32,000 nucleotides of DNA from contig QFXE01000015.1 of assembly GCA_003349915.1 (NCBI GenBank), positions 24,355 to 56,354 of the forward strand. The letters are read 5' to 3'. The notes under the pieces are model-generated. The model was not told the origin of the DNA and did not search any database. It saw nothing but the letters and a program-made list of their open reading frames with translations. Shown piece by piece: positions 8,212-16,262 of the stretch (positions within the stretch are counted from its first letter, which is position 1; each line of letters starts with the position of its first letter). The DNA comes from an endosymbiont of Escarpia spicata. GTDB lineage: Bacteria; Pseudomonadota; Gammaproteobacteria; Chromatiales; Chromatiaceae. The position numbers were made by a program, and so were the translations under genes.

Positions 8212-9657
8212 ATGGATCTCAAGACCGTTCACATTGCTGGCTACAAGAACCTGGTCGATACCCGGCTCACTTTTGAAACCAGCGAAACACCCATCACTAT
8301 TATCGGCAACAACGGTACCGGCAAATCCAACCTGATCGAGGCACTGCTGCATATCTTTGTCGGCCTCTACTACGACAGGCCGCCGGAATTCGATTTCCAC
8401 ATCCAGTACGCAGCGCACAACAAAACCATCGAGATCAGCAACAGCGTTGAAACTGGTCGCTATAAGGTCATTGTCGACGGCACACCATTGAGCAACACCC
8501 GGTTTAAGGAATGGGTGCGAGAGCCCAATCAGATGCCGCCTTTCCCCTCGCAGGTGTTTACCTATTACTCCGGCACTTGCGACCGGGTGAAAAATATCAT
8601 CAAGAAATACAACCGCAGCTATCTGTACAAACTGAGACGACAGTCAGACGATCTGGAACGGCAGTTTGTCTTCTCCGATATATCACAGGCCGAATGGATT
8701 ATGCTTGGATTGATTGCTCATCAGCATCATGGACTGTTGAAAGAAATGGGAATTGGAGAACTGGATGCACTGCACCTGGCCATCCAACCACCAGAAAATT
8801 ATGTTCGAGATGAGGATGATCCAATCTTTTGGGGTACAGAAGGTGGCATTCGAGAGTTTTTGGCAGATATCGACAACCTCGCACTAGATCGCCGTGAACC
8901 GTATGCAAAATATAGCTGGTCGCATGATCGAGAAATGCGATTGTATTTATTGGAAACAGAACAACTAGAGAAAATCGGTTCAATATTAGAGCGACGGGGA
9001 ACCAACCTCTACAGTATGCTGCAAGCATTATCGGCAAAAAAAATACTAACGGATATTCTCTTTGATGTAATTAATCGAGAGGATAGTGCACAATACCAAA
9101 CCGATTCATTGAGTGAAGGTGAAAAGCAGCTTTTATGCGTAATCGGTGGTTTAACTCTATCTCAAAACAATGAATGCCTGGTACTGCTGGATGAGCCGGA
9201 TACCCACCTGAACCCCGCCTGGTCATGGCGATACGATAACCTGCTCAAGCAGGCGCTCACCTCCCGGCAGCGCACTAACTCGACCACCATCATTGCCACG
9301 CATGACCCCATTCTCATTTCCGGCCTGACCCGTGAGCAGGTGTTTATCGCCCGGATCGAGGGTAACCAACTGCTTTATGAGCAGCCATACCGAGACCCAC
9401 GGGGCCAGGGTGTGGCCAATATTCTGGTGAGCGAGTATTTCGGTCTGCCTTCGAGTTTGGATGAAAACACCCAATCGTTACTCGATGAACGGCTTCGTCT
9501 TGCCTATAAATCTGAAGCACTCACGGATGAAGATAAAGAGCGGTTGTCGGTAATCAATAAGCAACTCGAAGGCCTGGGCTTAACCATCTCGTTTCGTGAT
9601 CCAGCGTATAAAGAATTTGAGGAATGGAAGTTTAGGCAGGCACAGGGGGATGTGTGA
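8212..9657 (+). CDS. ABC/SMC-like AAA ATPase (AAA_15/AAA_21 type), Septu PtuA-like defence ATPase, 481 aa
   Basis: It has Walker A GNNGTGKSN near the N-terminus, the ABC-signature-like LSEGEKQLL and Walker B LVLLDEPDTHLNP followed by ATHDP. It starts 23 nt after hsdS and is immediately followed by an HNH-like gene. Confidence 0.8.
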   Translation: MDLKTVHIAGYKNLVDTRLTFETSETPITIIGNNGTGKSNLIEALLHIFVGLYYDRPPEFDFHIQYAAHNKTIEISNSVETGRYKVIVDGTPLSNTRFKEWVREPNQMPPFPSQVFTYYSGTCDRVKNIIKKYNRSYLYKLRRQSDDLERQFVFSDISQAEWIMLGLIAHQHHGLLKEMGIGELDALHLAIQPPENYVRDEDDPIFWGTEGGIREFLADIDNLALDRREPYAKYSWSHDREMRLYLLETEQLEKIGSILERRGTNLYSMLQALSAKKILTDILFDVINREDSAQYQTDSLSEGEKQLLCVIGGLTLSQNNECLVLLDEPDTHLNPAWSWRYDNLLKQALTSRQRTNSTTIIATHDPILISGLTREQVFIARIEGNQLLYEQPYRDPRGQGVANILVSEYFGLPSSLDENTQSLLDERLRLAYKSEALTDEDKERLSVINKQLEGLGLTISFRDPAYKEFEEWKFRQAQGDV

Positions 9658-9672
9658 GATACATTGATCTAG

Positions 9673-10470
9673 ATGCGGTTATCGATTCAATCTCCGGTGG
9701 AGATCCTTGTCACGCTGAAGGCCGTTGATGACGCGATGCCGGGTAAGTCGGATGCCGAAAAAGTAGATACCGCAGCAAATGGAAATGATCACTGGAGACC
9801 CGTCAAAACGCATCTAGAGGATGCCAGTAATCGCAAGTGCTGGTACACCGAATCAAAGAGTCCTGGTTGCCAGAATGATGTGGAACATTTCCGCCCCAAA
9901 GCAAGAGTGCCCAAGGAAGGTTGTATTGAACACTGGTACTGGTTTCTGGCGTTTAACCCCATCAACTATCGTCTTAGCAGCCAATTTTCCAATCGGCTAA
10001 ATTATAATTCGGTATTGGGAGCGACGGGTGGAAAAGGTAATAAGTTTCCACTCATGCCTGGTTCTCCACGGGTAACAGACATGGCCGGGTTGGATGATGA
10101 GCAGCCAGTGATTCTTGATCCCTGCATCGAGGCGGATACGGAGCTTCTAGAATTCCAGCCCGACGGCCGACCGGTTGTGAGTATGAAGCATGTGGCAGAT
10201 GTCGATGCGAGGTATAGAGTTGAACAGAGCAAACTGTTGTTGAATCTGGACTTCCCGACATTCAACGAAGGCAGAGAAAGTCTGTATAACAGAATCAAGG
10301 AATTGGTGGAGCGCGGTGATCGATATGTGCGAGATGGTGTCGATGCACTGGAGGATGTACAGAATGACCTGCGCGCTCTGATGCATGAGGGCGCGGAATA
10401 CAGCAAAGCAGCGGAGTGCTACATACGTTGCTTCCGTGACCGCGATTGGGTTGAGGAGCTGATTTTGTGA
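9673..10470 (+). CDS. HNH-like nuclease of the TIGR02646 / Septu PtuB type, 265 aa (start uncertain, see findings)
   Basis: The motif KCWYTES...DVEHFRPKA...NPINYRLSSQFSNRLNYN...GKGNKFPL matches the C.YCE...IEHFRPK...N...C..CN.K pattern of PtuB-like HNH proteins, but both Cys pairs are degenerate. It is the partner gene of the upstream ATPase. Confidence 0.7.
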   Translation: MRLSIQSPVEILVTLKAVDDAMPGKSDAEKVDTAANGNDHWRPVKTHLEDASNRKCWYTESKSPGCQNDVEHFRPKARVPKEGCIEHWYWFLAFNPINYRLSSQFSNRLNYNSVLGATGGKGNKFPLMPGSPRVTDMAGLDDEQPVILDPCIEADTELLEFQPDGRPVVSMKHVADVDARYRVEQSKLLLNLDFPTFNEGRESLYNRIKELVERGDRYVRDGVDALEDVQNDLRALMHEGAEYSKAAECYIRCFRDRDWVEELIL

Positions 10471-10631
10471 TCGCTTTGATAACACTCGGCAATCTTCAAG
10501 GGTACAGATTAGGTCCGAACTACTACACTTTTTCTGACTGCCAGAACTTCGCCCCAAACAACGTGGTCAAGGGTTTGTGCCTCGGCACCGTGCTAGTATT
10601 TGTCGTCCCAAAGTGCTTCCTCCAGTGAGGC

Positions 10632-11840
10632 TCAGACTCTTTGGTTTATATGAATAATCTCCGCACCAGTTTTTAGCTTATCAAGGTAATCCGCCCATTC
10701 CTGCATCATCCTGACCCTCTCCGGCATGTGTTCTGCGTAGTTATAGGCTGCTCGAACTGAATTTCTCTCAGCATGAGCTAATTGGCGCTCGATAGCGTCT
10801 CTGTGCCAACCCTGCTCATTCAGAAGGGTAGAAGCCATAGAGCGAAACCCGTGGCCCGTCATTTCTTCTTTTGTGTACCCAAGTCGCCTCAGGGCTGCAT
10901 TAACTGTATTTTCTGACATGGGACGTTTATTGCTGCGCACGCCTGGAAAAACATACTTTCCGTTGCCGGTGAGTGGCTTGATCTCTTTCAGAACTGCCAC
11001 TGATTGTGTTGAGAGTGGAACAATATGGAGCGTCCGCATTTTCATCTTCTCGGCTGGAATGCGCCACTCTGCGTTGCCCAGGTCAATTTCTGACCATTCG
11101 GCATGTCGAAGCTCTCCAGGGCGTACGAATGTCATGGAGGCAAGCTGGAGGGCGCTGCGGGTGATGAATGAGCCCTCATAGCCGTCAATCGCTCTCATGA
11201 GTTCACCAATCTTTACCGGATCGGTAATACTGGCATGGTGTTTTTGTCGGGTAGGGGGCAGGGCACCTTTCAGATCGGCAGAGGGATCGCGTTCTGCCCG
11301 ACCAGTGGCTACGGCATAGCGGAAGATCTGTCCGCAGCTTTGGTGGATGCGGTGGGCTGTTTCCAGTGCGCCTCTGTCTTCTATTCGGCGAAGGACTGTC
11401 AGTAGCTCAGGTGCTGTGATCTCGCCGATTGTCCTTGTGCCAATCCAAGGGAACACATCTTTCTCCAGTCGCAGCAAGATCCGGGACGAGTGGGTTTTCG
11501 ACCAGTTGGGCTCATGCTTGCCCCACCATTCACGGGCTACAGCCTCTAGGCTGTCTGCTCCTGATTGGGATGCCTTGGTTGCTTTGCGGGCTTCGCTTGG
11601 GTTAATTCCATCCACCAATTGCTTTCGGGCTGTTGATCTCCTGTCTCTTGCAGCTTTCAGAGACACGTCAGGATAGACCCCCATTGAGAGGGTTTTCCGC
11701 TTGCCGTTGAAACGGTAATCCAATCGCCACCACTTTCCTCCTTTTGGAGTAATGAGGAGATACAAGCCCGAGCCATCTGTCAGTTTGTATTGTTTGTCTT
11801 TGGGCTTGGCGTTACGGATGGCGCTGTCAGTGAGTGGCAT
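10632..11840 (-). CDS. int: P4-type (DUF4102-containing) tyrosine integrase, ~402 aa from the MPLTDSAIRNAKP start (the longest ORF extends to 11891)
   Basis: The N-terminus MPLTDSAIRNAKPKDKQYKLTDGSGLYLLITPKGGKWWRLDYRFNGKRKTLSMGVYP is typical of P4/CP4-57-like integrases. The C-terminal catalytic region reads HGFRSMAST...LAHAERNSVRAAYN. The gene lies adjacent to the 3' end of ssrA. Confidence 0.95.
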   Translation of the reverse strand: MPLTDSAIRNAKPKDKQYKLTDGSGLYLLITPKGGKWWRLDYRFNGKRKTLSMGVYPDVSLKAARDRRSTARKQLVDGINPSEARKATKASQSGADSLEAVAREWWGKHEPNWSKTHSSRILLRLEKDVFPWIGTRTIGEITAPELLTVLRRIEDRGALETAHRIHQSCGQIFRYAVATGRAERDPSADLKGALPPTRQKHHASITDPVKIGELMRAIDGYEGSFITRSALQLASMTFVRPGELRHAEWSEIDLGNAEWRIPAEKMKMRTLHIVPLSTQSVAVLKEIKPLTGNGKYVFPGVRSNKRPMSENTVNAALRRLGYTKEEMTGHGFRSMASTLLNEQGWHRDAIERQLAHAERNSVRAAYNYAEHMPERVRMMQEWADYLDKLKTGAEIIHINQRV

Positions 11841-11943
11841 GGCGGTAACTCCAGTGGCGGTAAGTGGGGCTACCGCCAAACTTACCGTCATTTATCGTGG
11901 ATTTCATAGGATAATACTAGACGGTAACGGACAGTCAGGCAAT

Positions 11944-11969
11944 AAAAAAGCCCGCTGTTACGCGGGCTT
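11944..11969 (-). terminator. Rho-independent terminator downstream of ssrA (stem AAGCCCGC / GCGGGCTT, followed by a U-tract on the minus strand)
   Basis: The minus strand reads ...AAGCCCGCgtaacaGCGGGCTTTTTTATT and lies about 35 nt past the tmRNA CCA end, inside island DNA. Confidence 0.7.
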
Positions 11970-12002
11970 AGGGTCTTTATTGGATTGCTTTGGATCTTGA
12001 AT

Positions 12003-12378
12003 TGGTGGAGGCGGGCGGATTCGAACCGCCGTCCGCGAGTCCTCTGCCTGAGGTTCTACATGTTTAGTCCGGTCTATTATTTTTAGCTGGCTGCCACCCG
12101 ACGGACAGGGTGTGCAGATAGCGGTTTCGGTAAAGTTTTAACGAATCCGCCCCGAACAAGCTTCATCGCGATCTTATGAGATATGACGCCTGATTGGTCC
12201 GAAGACCCTGGACGCATAAGCACGGCTCCAGTCAGACGGCATTCTACCGGTTATTAAGCGGCGAGTGCGTAGTTGTCGTCGTTGGCAACTATAAGTTTAC
12301 AGCTAGTTTTACGAGGTAATCTGCCCCTCGACATGCACCTAAGGTTTTGTAACCCCCGTCGAAGCCTACGTCGCCCCC
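12003..12378 (-). ncRNA. ssrA: tmRNA (SsrA), ~376 nt, tag peptide ANDDNYALAA
   Basis: The minus strand starts GGGGGCGACGTAGGCTTCGACGGGGGTTACAAAACC and ends CGGACGGCGGTTCGAATCCGCCCGCCTCCACCA. The internal reading frame gccaacgacgacaactacgcactcgccgcttaataa (complement 12251..12286) encodes ANDDNYALAA**. smpB is adjacent. Confidence 0.97.
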
Positions 12379-12459
12379 AAGGAGAAACTTTTCTCAAGTC
12401 TCAAGAGTAGACATTATAAATTACCAGGAAGTTCCGCGCCATGCCGAAGTGAGGTTGGA

Positions 12460-12942
12460 TTAGCCGCGTTTGAAGATTCGCTCTTTCTCCCGCTTCCAGT
12501 CACGGTTTTTGTCGCTGCTGCGTTTATCGTGCTGTTTTTTACCTTTTGCCAGACCGATCTCCAGTTTGGCGTAGCCTTTTTTCCAGTAGAGTGCGGTGGG
12601 AACCAGGGTGTAGCCTTTTCGCTCCACCAAGCCGATGAGTTTGCTCAGTTCACGGCGGTGCAGCAACAGTTTTCGGCTGCGGGTCGGATCGGTCGTGACA
12701 TGGGTGGACGCGGTTTTGAGGGGGGTGATATGGGCGCCAAAGAGGTAGGCCTCGCCGTTCTGAATGATGACGTAGCTCTCCTTGATCTGCACGTGTCCCT
12801 CGCGCAGGCTCTTGACCTCCCATCCCTGCAGGGAGATGCCCGCCTCGTAGCGTTCTTCGATAAAAAAGTCGTGCTTCGCCTTCTTGTTGAGGGCGATGGT
12901 CGAGCCGCCGGAGGATTTCGCTGATTTTGATTTTTTTCCCAT
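12460..12942 (-). CDS. smpB: SsrA-binding protein SmpB (160 aa)
   Basis: [34 protein letters not shown]...[10 protein letters not shown]...[14 protein letters not shown] is the canonical SmpB sequence. Confidence 0.97.
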   Translation of the reverse strand: MGKKSKSAKSSGGSTIALNKKAKHDFFIEERYEAGISLQGWEVKSLREGHVQIKESYVIIQNGEAYLFGAHITPLKTASTHVTTDPTRSRKLLLHRRELSKLIGLVERKGYTLVPTALYWKKGYAKLEIGLAKGKKQHDKRSSDKNRDWKREKERIFKRG

Positions 12943-13056
12943 CGGCGCATTCTATGCGAGTGGGCATCTATCGGCCAGTCCTGCCTTGTTATAGAGGTTG
13001 ATTTCACGCAGAATAAATCGCTTTCGATCAAGCGCTTCAGGGGACACAGTTTTCGC

Positions 13057-14463
13057 ATGACTGAACGGACATCCATCCACGGCCAGTGGTCATCCAGGCT
13101 GGTCTTTATTCTGGCTGCAACGGGCTCAGCGGTGGGATTGGGCAATATTTGGAAATTCCCCTACATCACTGGCGAGAATGGTGGGGGTGCATTCGTTTTG
13201 GTCTATCTGCTCTGTATTGCTGTGGTGGGTATCCCGATCATGATGGCGGAGGTGATGCTGGGGCGGCGTGGCAGGCAGAGTCCGATCAACACCATGACGG
13301 CACTGGCAAAAGAGGAGGGCGCTTCGTCTGCCTGGTCTCTGGTCGGCTGGAGTGGTGTGCTGGCCGGTTTTATTATCCTCTCTTACTACAGCGTGATCGC
13401 CGGCTGGGCTTTGGCCTATGTCTTTCGGGTGGCCGGAGGGCTTTTCAATGGTGCCGATGCGGCAGGGGTGCAGGCGGTTTTTACCGGTCTTACCGGTGAT
13501 CCGGAACGCTTGATTGCCTGGCATACCCTGTTCATGCTGATGAGCATGGCGGTGGTGGCGCGCGGGGTGCGGGCTGGTCTGGAAAAGGCGGTGACCTACC
13601 TGATGCCGGCGTTGTTTGTGCTGCTGTTTGTGCTGCTGGGGTATGCGATGAGTACGGGGGCGTTCATCGACGGCCTGAAATTTCTCTTTCAACCCGATTT
13701 CGGCAAGCTGTTCTACGTATGCGAAACTGTTGCTGGAACCGAAAGTTGTGAGCTGTCCGGCAGTCCCGTACTGGTAGCGATGGGACACGCTTTCTTTACC
13801 CTGAGCCTGGGTATGGGGGCGATTATGGTTTACGGCTCCTATATGCCGAAGGGGACCTCTATCGCCCGTTCAACGGTGTTGATTGCGCTGTTGGACACCC
13901 TGGTTGCACTGGTTGCTGGCATGGCGATATTCCCCATCGTGTTTGCCAATGGTCTGGAACCCGGTTCAGGCCCAGGGCTGATCTTTCAGACCCTGCCGAT
14001 TGCATTCGGCGCCATGCCCGGCGGACAGTTCTTTGGGACTCTGTTTTTCGTTCTGCTGGTCTTTGCCGCATGGTCCTCGGCGATCTCGCTGATCGAACCG
14101 GCGGTTGCCTGGTTGGTGGAGAATCGGGGGCTGACTCGCGTACGTGCCTCTGCCGTGATCGGTATGACGACCTGGGTTTTGGGCCTTGGCAGCATCTTCT
14201 CCTTCAATATCTGGTCAGGGGATGAGTATAAGTTGTTCGGAAAGACGTTCTTTGATCTGTTGGACTATCTGGCAGCCAATATTATGCTGCCGCTGGGTGG
14301 TTTGCTGATTGCACTGTTTGCCGGCTGGCTGATGAAACGGGAATCGAGTGTGGATGAGTTTGCCATGCATGCTTGGCGTTATGGTCTGTGGCGGGTGCTG
14401 ATCCGCTACGTTTCGCCATTGGCCGTTGTTGTCGTCTTTCTTAACGCTGTCGGGATTTTCTGA
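13057..14463 (+). CDS. Sodium-dependent transporter, neurotransmitter:sodium symporter (SNF) family, 468 aa
   Basis: It has the N-terminal SNF signature WSSRLVFILAATGSAVGLGNIWKFPYITGENGGGAFVLVYL and is a multi-span hydrophobic protein. Confidence 0.9.
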   Translation: MTERTSIHGQWSSRLVFILAATGSAVGLGNIWKFPYITGENGGGAFVLVYLLCIAVVGIPIMMAEVMLGRRGRQSPINTMTALAKEEGASSAWSLVGWSGVLAGFIILSYYSVIAGWALAYVFRVAGGLFNGADAAGVQAVFTGLTGDPERLIAWHTLFMLMSMAVVARGVRAGLEKAVTYLMPALFVLLFVLLGYAMSTGAFIDGLKFLFQPDFGKLFYVCETVAGTESCELSGSPVLVAMGHAFFTLSLGMGAIMVYGSYMPKGTSIARSTVLIALLDTLVALVAGMAIFPIVFANGLEPGSGPGLIFQTLPIAFGAMPGGQFFGTLFFVLLVFAAWSSAISLIEPAVAWLVENRGLTRVRASAVIGMTTWVLGLGSIFSFNIWSGDEYKLFGKTFFDLLDYLAANIMLPLGGLLIALFAGWLMKRESSVDEFAMHAWRYGLWRVLIRYVSPLAVVVVFLNAVGIF

Positions 14464-14465
14464 GT

Positions 14466-14900
14466 ATGCCGGTAGTGAGCAAAAGCGCCCTGGTTCATCA
14501 TTCAGCCGAAGAGATGTACCGATTGGTGTGTGATTTTGAGTCTTATCCGGAGTTTCTCCCCTGGTGCAGTGCCAGCCGTCTGATCTCAAGAACCGAGGAT
14601 CAGATTTGTGGAGAATTGGAGGTTTCCCGTCTTGGTATTCGACAGCGTTTTTCAACCTGCAATGCGTTGGTTGTCAATGAACGGATGGATATACAGTTGC
14701 GGGATGGGCCATTCAAAAAATTACAGGGTGGCTGGCGATTCACTCCCCTCAAAACCGATGCGAGCAAGGTGGAGCTGGTACTGGATTTTGAGTTCTCGGG
14801 AAAATTGATCGATGCTGCTTTCGGCAAGGTTTTTAATCATATCGCCACCACGCTGGTAGAATCGTTTTGTAAGCGGGCGGATGAGGTGTACCGTGACTGA
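14466..14900 (+). CDS. ratA: SRPBCC/START-fold RatA (YfjG/PasT, Coq10-like) family protein, 144 aa
   Basis: MPVVSKSALVHHSAEEMYRLVCDFESYPEFLPWC... is the family pattern. It also has the conserved position next to rnfH, bamE and smpB. Confidence 0.85.
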   Translation: MPVVSKSALVHHSAEEMYRLVCDFESYPEFLPWCSASRLISRTEDQICGELEVSRLGIRQRFSTCNALVVNERMDIQLRDGPFKKLQGGWRFTPLKTDASKVELVLDFEFSGKLIDAAFGKVFNHIATTLVESFCKRADEVYRD

Positions 14901-15210
14901 TGAAGATATTTTGGTGGAAGTGGCCTATGGGAAGCTTGATGAGCAGGTCATTCTTGAGGTCGAAGGTGCATCCGGCATGACGGTGCGCAAGGCCATCGAA
15001 TCGTCAGGGGTTCTGGAGCAGTTTCCTGAGATAGGCCCGGACTCAGTCAAGGTGGGTATTTTCGGCAAACTCACCAAGCAGGATACGGTATTGAACAGTG
15101 GTGACCGGGTGGAGATTTATCGGCCACTGATTGCTGATCCCAAGGAGGCGAGAAAGAAGCGCGCTGCCGAGGGTAAGGTAATGAAAAAAGGTGGCGGTAC
15201 GAAAAGTTGA
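14881..15210 (+). CDS. rnfH: RnfH/RatB (UPF0125) ubiquitin-fold protein, ~105-109 aa (start ATG 14881 or GTG 14893)
   Basis: ILVEVAYGKLDEQVILEVEGASGMTVRKAIESSGVLEQFPEI...KVGIFGKLTKQDTVLNSGDRVEIYRPLIADPKEARKKRA is the typical RnfH sequence. Confidence 0.85.
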   Translation: MRCTVTDEDILVEVAYGKLDEQVILEVEGASGMTVRKAIESSGVLEQFPEIGPDSVKVGIFGKLTKQDTVLNSGDRVEIYRPLIADPKEARKKRAAEGKVMKKGGGTKS

Positions 15211-15212
15211 GT

Positions 15213-15236
15213 AGGAGCGGCGAGGGCGCCGCTCCT
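15213..15236. terminator. Perfect 10-bp hairpin between convergent rnfH and bamE (possible bidirectional terminator, no clear U-tract)
   Basis: The sequence is AGGAGCGGCG-aggg-CGCCGCTCCT. Confidence 0.45.
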
Positions 15237-15240
15237 GCAA

Positions 15241-15696
15241 TCAATCATCCTCGATTTCAAGGCCGGCTTTCTGCAGTGCCTTGTCTACGATGCCCAATTC
15301 GCCAGTGTAGTCGGGTACGCTGACAACGAGTTCTTTCTTTTCCTTCTGTTCAGCAATGTTTTCCGCAGGTTTGATGTCTCCACTGTAACGGACCATTGAG
15401 TTACCGTCGAAAAAAACGGAAAAGTGCTTGATCTCCAGAGGATCGTTGCGCCTCTTTATGCTGAAAAGGTAATCCCATCGGTTCTGATGAAAGACATCCA
15501 CCAGGAGAGGGGTGCCGAGTAAGAATCGCACCTGCTTTCGGCTCATTCCAGGCTTGAGTTCAGCCACCACTTCAGGGGTGACGATGTTGCCCTGTTGGAT
15601 GTCAGGAATATGGACCAGGGAGAAGTCCTGCCAGCTTGAACAACCGCCAAGGACGAGGAGAGTGCTGACCAAAAGAGAGATGAGAATCTTTTGCAT
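15241..15696 (-). CDS. bamE: Outer membrane protein assembly factor BamE (SmpA/OmlA lipoprotein), 151 aa
   Basis: It has a lipoprotein signal with the lipobox LVLGGC, then IQQGNIVTPEVVAELKPGMSRKQVRFLLGTPLLVDVFHQNRWDY, the BamE core. Confidence 0.9.
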   Translation of the reverse strand: MQKILISLLVSTLLVLGGCSSWQDFSLVHIPDIQQGNIVTPEVVAELKPGMSRKQVRFLLGTPLLVDVFHQNRWDYLFSIKRRNDPLEIKHFSVFFDGNSMVRYSGDIKPAENIAEQKEKKELVVSVPDYTGELGIVDKALQKAGLEIEDD

Positions 15697-15776
15697 TACG
15701 AGTACAATTCAATAAAAATCAATGTTGGATGATACCTCATCACCTTCTGAAAAACACGAAGGCGGAGTAGTGATAA

Positions 15777-16199
15777 GTGGATAATCAGGAAATTAGAAAA
15801 GCGGGCTTGAAGGTTACCCTGCCAAGGGTAAAGATTCTTGAGCTACTTGAAGCGAGTGTGCCCCGCCACGTCAGCGCCGAAGATGTCTATAAGATGCTCC
15901 TGGAAAAGGGCGAAGAGATCGGTCTGGCGACTGTCTACCGGGTGTTGACCCAGTTTGAAACAGCGGGTTTGGTTACCCGGCATAATTTTGAGGGAGGGCA
16001 CGCAGTATTTGAATTGGATCGTGGAGAACATCACGATCACATCGTCTGTGTACTCTGTGGGAAGGTTGAAGAGTTTATGGATGCCACTATTGAAGAACGG
16101 CAAAAAGAGATTGCCGCAGAGCATGGATTTGAAATGGAGGACCACTCTCTGATTATCTATGGGCGTTGCAACAACCCTTCATGTCCGGGCCGGGAATAG
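15777..16199 (+). CDS. fur: Ferric uptake regulator Fur (140 aa, GTG start)
   Basis: LKKAGLKVTLPRVKILELL..., the HHDH motif and the CxxC pairs (CVLCGKV, CNNPSC) are present, giving a full-length Fur pattern. Confidence 0.95.
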   Translation: MDNQEIRKAGLKVTLPRVKILELLEASVPRHVSAEDVYKMLLEKGEEIGLATVYRVLTQFETAGLVTRHNFEGGHAVFELDRGEHHDHIVCVLCGKVEEFMDATIEERQKEIAAEHGFEMEDHSLIIYGRCNNPSCPGRE

Positions 16200-16262
16200 T
16201 GACAGTCTCCCAGCGGTTCTCGCCGTGTAAGGAGTTGTGATTCTCACGCTCAGCCAGCACTA

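Noticed and set aside
1-11900. Searched for a second copy of the ssrA 3' end (attL/attR partner) to close the island
   Set aside because: I saw no match to ggcggattcgaaccgcc or its flanks elsewhere in the window. The other boundary must lie outside.
12529-13788. ORFs 12529..12924 (+), 12645..13145 (-), 12650..12967 (-), 13086..13499 (+) and 13126..13788 (-)
   Set aside because: They overlap smpB or the SNF transporter in alternative frames or strands. They are Arg/Pro/Gly-rich shadow ORFs.
15772-15790. GATAAGTGGATAATCAGGA overlapping the fur start codon, considered as a Fur box; also TGATGATTGTTTAC at about 20399..20412
   Set aside because: These are only partial matches to GATAATGATAATCATTATC and cannot be scored without a matrix. 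They could be chance in AT-rich stretches. I mention them only as a possible autoregulatory site.
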